Shown one piece after another: positions 55,300 through 64,000 of a stretch of DNA of 64,000 nt (position 1 is the first letter of the stretch; every line of letters starts with the position of its first letter). The DNA is from Eledone cirrhosa (lineage: Eukaryota), in assembly GCA_964016885.1 (NCBI GenBank), contig OZ024742.1, positions 34,968,001 through 35,032,000 on the forward strand, given 5' to 3'. The position numbers and the translations under genes are program-made. The notes under the pieces were generated by a model that saw only the letters and a program-made list of their open reading frames with translations, made no database searches and had not been told where the DNA came from.

Positions 55300-56050
55300 T
55301 AATGCAATAATGAGTTATGAGTATTGTTCAAGGATGAATAGAGAGTCTTGTTTGAGAACGAGGTAAGACCCTTGTTAAGGAAGGAGTTAAGAATCATGTT
55401 GATAAATGGGTTGAGAGTATTATTCAATAAAAGAGTCTTGTTTAAGAATAAGTTGAGAGGCTTGAAATGATATGAAATTTACAGGTCACACCTATATAGG
55501 TTTTGCTGGCCTCATACGAGGCTGCATCGCATAGGAGCTTCTCGGGTATTGATATAGGTAATGATAAGGTCTGAGTCCTGTCATGAAATCCAAAAACACA
55601 AAGCACCAATGTATTCAGGACACAACCCCACAACTTTATGGTCGTGAGTCTTGTTTAAGAATGAGTTATAAGTCTTGTTAAAAAAAGAGGTAAGAGCCCT
55701 GTTAAAGAATAAGTTGAGAAGTTTGTCTAAGAATGAGTTGAGAGTAATATTCAAGGAGAATTTATGAATATTGTTTAAGATGAGATAAGAAGTTGAGAAT
55801 CTTGTTTAAGAATGCATTGAGAGACTTGAAAGGATATGAAATTTACAACTCATACATATTTAGGTTCGGATGACCTCAAATGAGATTGAATCTCATAGAA
55901 GGTTTCTCGGCTGCTTTAATGATAGAGCCCACTAGAATTTACCGGAAATGCAAAAACACAACACGCCACTTTGTCCAGGAATCGAACTCTTGTTCGTGAG
56001 TCTTGTTCATGAATGAATTTAGAGCTTTGTTTAAGAATGAATTAAGAGGC
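55300..56050 (+). repeat. Diverged tandem duplication (~350-bp period) built from short aagaatgagttgagagtcttgttt-like units
   Basis: cttgaaa.gatatgaaatttaca at ~55461 and ~55825; many short units. Confidence 0.6.
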
Positions 56051-56438
56051 GTGCACAAGGAAATGCAGTGTCTTGTTTAAGCAGAGAAGACAGTGCCGTT
56101 GAAGAGACTTATTATAATCCAAGCAAAAACCGTTATTACAATTTTGTGTACCCATCATCACTCTAAATTAAAATCGATTTTGACATAGCTAAACTGTTAC
56201 ATAATAGAGTGTGTGGAGGTGTATATAGTCGATTAAATCGAGAGCAGGATATTACTGGTATTTCATATTATCCACCGCACCAGACAAATAAACTGTAAAA
56301 TTGTCATCGGCGCAAAGATTTGAAACCCAAGCGTAAAATTAAAACAAAATTACATTAAAATATAAACAGAGAAAATAAGAAAACAAAAACAACAATAACA
56401 AACAACAATAAAACAATTCCTTTCTTCTTTTACCTCGT

Positions 56439-56474
<36 letters not shown>

Positions 56475-56482
56475 TAAACACA

Positions 56483-57040
<558 letters not shown>

Positions 57041-57141
57041 CATTTCTCCGGAATATAATTTATACTCGTTGAGCAAACCTGCACGTAAGCTGTTCATCTC
57101 TAACGTAACGATATATTATCACTACATTATTGATAACCTGA

Positions 57142-57180
<39 letters not shown>

Positions 57181-57194
57181 TACACATATATATA

Positions 57195-57339
57195 TATTTC
57201 GTTTCTGAATTTGTTTAGCAAGATTCTTTATCTGAAATCGTGTGTTGAAACCGATATTGTTATACTTTGGGAGGGTCATGTTGCCAATAAGAAACTGGTG
57301 CGTGTGTTTCTTATTGGCAACATGACCCTCCAAAAGTAT

Positions 57340-57344
<5 letters not shown>
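57195..57344. repeat. Hairpin element of the same family as 24034-24190
   Basis: Arms 57257-57295 / 57306-57344; flanked by (TA)n. Confidence 0.85.
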
Positions 57345-57387
<43 letters not shown>

Positions 57388-57425
57388 ATAAATATATATA
57401 TGTGTGTGTGCGTGTGTGTGTGTGT

Positions 57426-57516
<91 letters not shown>

Positions 57517-57764
57517 CGTGTGTGTCTATGTTTGTGTGTATTTATACACACACTAAAATATTCATATAGGCTGATTAACAATTACGAGTGCTTCCTCTCC
57601 TCTATACGTTCTGATTTCTACTCTCTCCCAAACATCCTCTCTTTCTTCTCTGATACTATCTTCCGAAGAAGGATTAGTGTCTGAAACGTTAAGACTCTTT
57701 TCCAACTATATGTAGGGTTAAACTAATACGACATCATTGTATTATTTTGTACTCAGGATTGATG

Positions 57765-57878
57765 TGAATTGGAAGTATCGGTAGAGAGTCGGACACCATG
57801 CTTTGACGCATAGAGTTACCATTCTGAGTTCAAATCCCGCCGAGGTTAAACTTGCCTTTCATCCTTACGGGATCGATA
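57765..57878 (+). mobile_element. SINE 5' half directly joined to the PLE ORF
   Basis: ctgagttcaaatcccgccgaggttaaacttgcctttcatccttacgggatcgataa. Confidence 0.8.
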
Positions 57879-59464
57879 ATCACAAATCCAATTTTCCGAA
57901 CAACCCCTCTATTCGGCTTATTAACCCTACGAAGTCCGATTTAGGTAGACTTAGTAAGACGATTCTTGATAGAATTATACCTGAAATTAGAAGTTTGGCC
58001 CCTCTTGCACTGTGGAACAATTGCTTCGCAGTGATTGATTGGTTCAACGGCATATGTAACAAGGAACATTGCCGTTTTATCCAATTCGACCTCAACAATT
58101 ACTACTCCTCCATCACTTTACCACTTCTCCTTAGAGCTATCAATTTCGCTAAAACACTCACAGTGGTTAAGGATTTCGAAGTCGATGTCATCCTCAATGC
58201 CCGAAAGTCGGTGATTAATTTCGACGACTCTATTTGGATTAAACAATCCAATAGTACCCCATTCGATGTGAGTATGGGCGCCAGTGATTCTGCGGAGGTT
58301 ACTGATCTTATCGGACTTTTCCTTCTTTTCTCTATCAAGGACGAATTCCCCAACGCGGGCGGTGGTTTGTACCGTGACGATGGTCTTTTGACCATGACTA
58401 AGTGCGGACCTCGTGCTTGCGGCAGGTTCAGAAAAGAACTCACAGCCTTCTTTAAAGGCTTCAACCTCTCTATACAGGTTGAGGCCAATCTCTCGGTCGT
58501 TAATTACCTCGACGTTACCCTCAACTTATTGAATGGGTTGTATTACCCGTATAGAAAGCCGAATGATACGCTTAATTACATAAGTAAGCATTCCAACCAT
58601 CCTGCCAGCATAACCAAGAACCTGGTAAGAAACGTTTCGTTGAGGCTTTCCCGTCTTTCCACCAACGAGCGTATTGTCAATGACCATTCCACTTATTACA
58701 ATGAAGCTCTTGCTCGAAGTGGATTTGTCGATAAGGTAGCATATACAAAGTACGAAAAGAGACCTAGAAGAAATAGATCCCGTCGCATTTGTTGGTATAA
58801 CCCACCATATAATATGGAGGTGACCACACCATTAGCTAAGATCTTTCTTTCCCTTATTACGAAGCATTTTCCCCCTACACATAAATATAGTAAAATTTTT
58901 AATAGAAATACTATTAAAATTTCTTACTCGACGACTCCTAACCTTGCACATAACATCACAGCTTCAAATTTAGCTAAACTACCTAGCCGTAGGAACACGT
59001 GCAACCCTGTAGTTAGTACTAACTGTAATTGTAGGAATCGGGTTGATTGCCCCCTATCCGGGAAATGCCTCTCTAGTAACATTGTCTACAAATGTAAGGT
59101 TGTAACACCCACGTCCCGTAGGGCCTACATAGGGTTAACCGCCAATAGATTCAAGCAGCGTCTTTACATGCATACCCATTCTTTTCGTTACCCTCTAAGA
59201 AGGGATATGACGTCACTTTCAGCTTATATCTGGAGTCTAAAAAACAACCACACCCAATATAAGTTACACTGGGAGATCCTAGCTAGGGCTAGATCGTATA
59301 ACGGAAATAAAAGACCATGTGACCTCTGCGCCGCTGAGGCCCTGGAAATACTCTACGCCACAGATCACATCTTAAACAAAAAATCTGAGGCAATTTCGGC
59401 TTGTAAACATAAATTGCACAAAACTTTCCTGTATTACAGCCCCACGTTATACCCTAACGGATAG
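57879..59464 (+). CDS. 5'-truncated PLE RT plus GIY-YIG (CxCx5Cx5C, Hydra-like); uninterrupted frame; 3' UTR extends to ~60545
   Basis: RLINPTKS, FIQFDLNNYYSSI, MGASDSAEV, GLYRDDGL, YLDV, WYNPPY, CNCRNRVDCPLSGKC, IVYKC..AYIGLT..FKQR, CDLC, LNKKSE...CKH. Confidence 0.9.
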
Positions 59465-60047
59465 TACGATCTATACGTGGATATTTTACGTCTCGATGTA
59501 GGAGCTAAGTATATATTTTGTTTATACCTTTACTTATTTGCATAGGTAAGTATATATTATCCGTATGTTTTGTGAAGGTACGTATACCTTCTCGTACGTA
59601 TATTTGATTGTCATGGCGTATAATTTTTTTATATATTCTGGTACATATGGTTCGGCTATGTGTATACGGGAGTTTTGCGTCTGTGTGAGTATGCAGGTTC
59701 GTACGTATGTAGGGCGTGTGTATATGTGTACTTCATGTTTTGGTTGACTTACGTCTCCGAACATTCGTCTATTTACATGTAGGTATGTGTGTGCGCTTGT
59801 TATATACGTATTTATTTATTTATATACGTTTATATAATTATTTATTTATTTGTATACACGCTTACACACACACACATATTTATATGTGAGTGGTTTTGTT
59901 TACCTATGGTAAGTTTTTGCGTATGCTTGTGTATGTACGTTTTTGTTTGCGTGCATGTATTTATTTATTTCTATTACTTCTGTATTGTATTTATTTACTT
60001 TGTTCTTAACTCCGTAGCGGAGATTCATTCGGTCTCCTAGTTTGAAT

Positions 60048-60318
60048 TTAGTCTACGACTTCTGCTATACCATTTACGTGGTTTTGTCTTTGCGTGCTAT
60101 TGTTCTCCACGCTCCACATATGACGTATTATCTTCGTTTTTTTCGTTCATTGCCAGAGAACGTCTCTATGCACCACCTAAGAGAACATTAGTCTACGACC
60201 TCTGTTATACCATAAACGTGGTTCTGTCTTTGCGCGTAATTGTTTTTCACCGCTCCTATTAATGACGTATTATTCGTTTTTTCCCGTTCTTTGCCAGGGA
60301 ACGTTTCAACGAACCAAA
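60048..60318 (+). repeat. Two diverged ~140-bp direct repeats in the PLE 3' UTR
   Basis: ttagtctacgac.tctg.tatacca...atgacgtatta...ttgccag.gaacgt at 60048 and 60188. Confidence 0.8.
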
Positions 60319-60394
60319 GTATCGTCTTCCTGTCTTCCTCCGGTTGCAACGTTTTTTGAAATATCCAGTTCTGCGTTTACAGATTGACTTTGTT

Positions 60395-60445
60395 AGTTTC
60401 AGAAGATCCCGTTAAGGGTGAAAGCAGCGATTCTTTGCTTAAACT
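60395..60445 (+). ncRNA. Hammerhead motif with a core mutation (CTGA>CAGA)
   Basis: agttt-CAGAAGA-tccc gttaa gggt-GAAA-gca..tgc-TT-aaact. Confidence 0.7.
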
Positions 60446-60579
60446 TTAATCTGTTATTTTAATAAATATTTGCTCTACGGTTCTTATATATTTGATATAT
60501 ATTTATCCTTATCGAGCCCTCTTTGGATTTTAGTCTTCAAATTTATTATAATACTATATATATATATATATAGTATTAT

Positions 60580-60645
<66 letters not shown>

Positions 60646-60681
60646 GTGTGGTGTATGTATGTATGTATGCATGTATGCAGG

Positions 60682-60774
<93 letters not shown>

Positions 60775-61248
60775 ATATATACACACATATGTGTGTACAC
60801 ACGCGTCTGTGTGTATGTTTATGTATGTGTGTTTTTAGATGCTGCACCAACTAACGTATGTAACACCCTTCCTTTCAATTGATTTGTAGACAATCTATGA
60901 TTACGTCAATCCCCATTCTTTGCCCCCATTTAAGAGAATGCACATATCGATAATACATATATTATAACGATATGAATGCTATCTTGTAACAGATTTAGTA
61001 TATTGATTTTTAATTTCTACACTATTATATAACTTGGGAGTATAATCGATTAAATTGACGCCAAGATCAACATTGCCTTTCATCCTTCCAGCGGGCTGGA
61101 TAAAAGAAAGTACCGATCATATATAGGCGTCAGCTTATTGGCGTCAGGTTATTGGCCTGTATACTACCTCACAACATGTGTGTGGTATGTTAATGTAGCG
61201 ACTGTCATAGCCAAAATTGTAATAATTTGATTTATGGTTAAATGTCCG

Positions 61249-61320
61249 TTGTACCGTCCTGTACCGTCCTGTACCTCCTGTACCGTCTTGTACCGTCCTG
61301 TACCGTCCTGTACCGTCCTG
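61249..61320 (+). repeat. 10-bp minisatellite (tgtaccgtcc), about 7 copies
   Basis: Direct reading. Confidence 0.9.
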
Positions 61321-61371
61321 CGCTGTCCTTAATGTTATACTTGATGTCAACCCTTGTGGTTAATAAAGAAA

Positions 61372-61536
61372 GCATTAGCGTCAGATTCCATGCTTTGCAG
61401 CATAGAGTTATGGCTCTTTACGTTCTGAGTTGAAATCCGCTGAGGTTAACTTTGCTTTTCATCCTTATGGAGTCGATAAAATAAAGCACTAGTAATACAC
61501 AGGGGTAATTACTGGCCTTGTGCCAAAAGTAGAAAC
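61372..61536 (+). mobile_element. tRNA-derived SINE
   Basis: Same family as 46983-47168. Confidence 0.75.
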
Positions 61537-62070
61537 ATTATTATTATTATTATTATCACTTCAACGACAGTAGTTCATCCTCGAACAAGGTTCTTAATTC
61601 GTCATTGAACACTGCTCCTAACACACCCTTGAACAAGACTCTTGACTCGTATTTGATCGGTGCATTATCTTATCGGCATCCAAAATAATGGCAAAGTAAA
61701 AATAAAAGACAAAGTGACTCAACTCAGTAGGATTTGAACACAGCAACTTAAAAGCCTTAACTAAATACTGTTAAACCTTTTCAGAATGGGACCTTCACAG
61801 GGACATGCTGTCTCAATATGTTTAATCCCTGCTTACACAATCTTCGCACACCTCCACGAAACGTAAACACAGCAAATTGTTAAATTTACCCAACTCGGAT
61901 GGATTTCAAGGCAGAATATAAAGGGCCATAGCTAAATACCCTAACATATTTCTTGAATGAAACCCTACAGAGATTCGGCCTCTTTCCCTTATGTTTCAAT
62001 TTATATCAATGATTCACCAACTTTTTCTTTTACTCACGGAACACTTCAGAACAAGTCTTTTGGTGCAGTT

Positions 62071-62282
62071 TGAAAAAGTATTTGTACAATTAGAAATACT
62101 GAAAAAGTATTTGTACAATTAGAAATACTGAAAAAGTATTTGGACAATTAGAAATACTGAAAAAGTATTTGGACAATTAGAAATACTGAAAAAGTATTTG
62201 GACAATTAGAAATACTGAAAAAGTATTTGGACAATTAGAAATACTGAAAAAGTATTTGGACAATTAGAAATACTGAAAAAGT
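62071..62282 (+). repeat. 29-bp minisatellite, ~7.3 copies
   Basis: tgaaaaagtatttg(g/t)acaattagaaatac. Confidence 0.95.
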
Positions 62283-62449
62283 TATCTGAGAAACATGCGT
62301 TTGGTGTTTTTCGTTCTTTTTTTGTTTTGTTTTGTTTGTTTGTTTTTTGCAATCTTTTCATTCTTAGTTTAGTTGCTTTTCAGTATATATCGGTGCACCT
62401 AATTACATTTTGCAGCGCACCAGCAAGCGAACCAGCAAGCGCACAGCTT

Positions 62450-62725
62450 GGGGGCCACTAACCTATACCTAAACGAACTTTCTACACTTGCGCAAAACAT
62501 GCAAAAAACCTCATATACAGATGACATCATACTCTCAGCTTCCCACCATTCTCCAAACAATGCTACACAACTATTTCAATTACATATGGTCCATCTAGAG
62601 ATTTGTCTCTACAACAACAGATTCAAAGTAGCACATAACAAATGTACTATGTCTCTTACTTGTGACACTAATACCAGAGAACCTCGAGTAAAACCAGCCA
62701 TCACTCTCAACAATATAAATGTACC
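62450..62725 (+). pseudogene. Decayed LINE RT remnant
   Basis: TSYTDDIILSAS (YADD-like) ... NNRFKVAHNKC. Confidence 0.35.
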
Positions 62726-62981
62726 AAAGAAAGCAAAACGATGCAGAAACACACTTAAACCAATCACAAACACCATATTTGGTCAACGGCTAGAACAACA
62801 GAGGTGTAGAAACATGTCTAAAACAACTACACGTACCACATTTGGTCAACAGAAACAACTACGGTGTACAAACATACGTAGGGCAACAATAGAAACCACA
62901 TTTTCTCAACAGAGAAAAAATAACGATGATGTAAAATCAAAGAACAAAAAAAACAACAACAATATAATAACAATAATAATA

Positions 62982-63171
62982 ATTGTTTCTACTTTAGGCA
63001 CAAGGCCAGCAATTACCCAGTGTATTACTGGTACTTTATTTTATCGACCCCGTAAGGATGAAAGGCAAAGTCAACCTCGGCAGGATTTGAACTCAGAATG
63101 GCAAGGGCCGTAACTCTATGCGTCAAAGTATGGTGTCCGACCCTCCACCGATACTGCCAATTCACCGCTCT
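62982..63171 (-). mobile_element. tRNA-derived SINE, full length
   Basis: Minus-strand A box tggcagtatcgg, B box gagttcaaatcc, core ctttgcctttcatcc..gtcgataaaataaagtaccag, (ATT)n tail. Confidence 0.85.
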
Positions 63172-64000
63172 TAACAATAATAATAACAATAACAATAATA
63201 ATAATAGCATGCAGAAAGTGGAGAAATGGAAAAATAAAACAACACAACACAAAAACACAAGAAAACAGAAGCAAAAACAACAAAATAAAATATATAATTA
63301 AAGTAATAAAGAAAAACGCCCCCAACCCTTTAAAAAAACATAAATCGGCGTGTGGCTGCAGTATGATGACTGAAAGCAGTAAAAGAGTAAAACAACACCA
63401 GAAGTCGATGTTACAGCATGGCCGCAATCTAATAAGTGAAACTACTAAAAGAACAAGACAACAGACTGAAACCAGTAAAAAAGTAAAAGAAATAATAATT
63501 AAACAAAGGCAGAAACGTAAACCAGAACTTACTTCTCAGTGACCTCTTCACTCTGTCTGAAATAAAGATAAAAATAAAATGTAGGAGTTAGCTTAGATAT
63601 TGACCTTTAAACCCCATGTGAGTATTAATGTTATCTACGGAAGATCCATAAAGACACCTGAGAAGAATGTAAATGAAGAAATTCTGTTGTAGAGCATGTC
63701 ATTACCACTGCAAAACACCATGGCATTGCACCCGCTTCGTTTGCCCCGCGAATATTTTGTGCCTTCGAATATTTTGCGCCTGCCAAGCAATGCCTTCGAT
63801 ACTGAAAGCGGAGGACTTAAGACTAAGAGCATTCAATGAAGAAGAAACATATGATAAAAGCCGTTCCTGCCTTGACCATCTGTGTTTTTCAAGCATAATG
63901 TAGGAACCTTATGACTGCGGGTTCACATTTGGAAAAATCTTTTCCAAGGTACAAGAACAGCAGTCGCCCATGCATCAAAGTCTCCCCTCTCTATACCATC

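Noticed and set aside
57658-57695. CCGAAGA..GAAAcgtTA motif, with similar relics near 19090, 52480 and 52880
   Set aside because: Core boxes mutated and stems weak; not supportable individually
62071-62282. 29-bp repeat array of CRISPR-like unit length
   Set aside because: Units are contiguous with no spacers, there are no cas genes and the context is eukaryotic; a plain minisatellite
62982-63171. tRNA gene
   Set aside because: A and B boxes belong to a multi-copy SINE head; no complete cloverleaf

Overview
AT-rich, microsatellite-saturated animal genomic DNA. The tRNA-derived SINE family and the (TA)n/(CA)n/(TACA)n load resemble Octopus, which is an inference. The only clear host coding sequences are two diverged carbohydrate sulfotransferase (Sulfotransfer_2, CHST8-14-like) catalytic exons on + (6538-7701 and 36768-37895). 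The rest is mostly retroelements: a near full-length L1/Tx1-type LINE and a truncated copy, RTE, R4/Dong-like and CRE-like fragments, SINEs, a Helitron-like element, and a dense, partly nested field of Penelope-like elements (PLEs). The PLEs include one young RT+GIY-YIG copy with a 1.07-kb inverted pseudo-LTR, several CxCx5Cx5C-type copies, and many inverted-repeat or hairpin remnants sitting in (TA)n. Reading by eye, I find about 25 type-I hammerhead ribozyme motifs from roughly 15 sequence families, some with greatly extended or branched stem II. Other signals worth testing are a T_TTT_TTA -1 frameshift joining two PLE frames, a 34-nt intron-like segment that would fuse L1 ORF1 to ORF2 in frame, and apparent partitioning of microsatellite targets among element families. 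Most short ORFs in the track are microsatellite artefacts.
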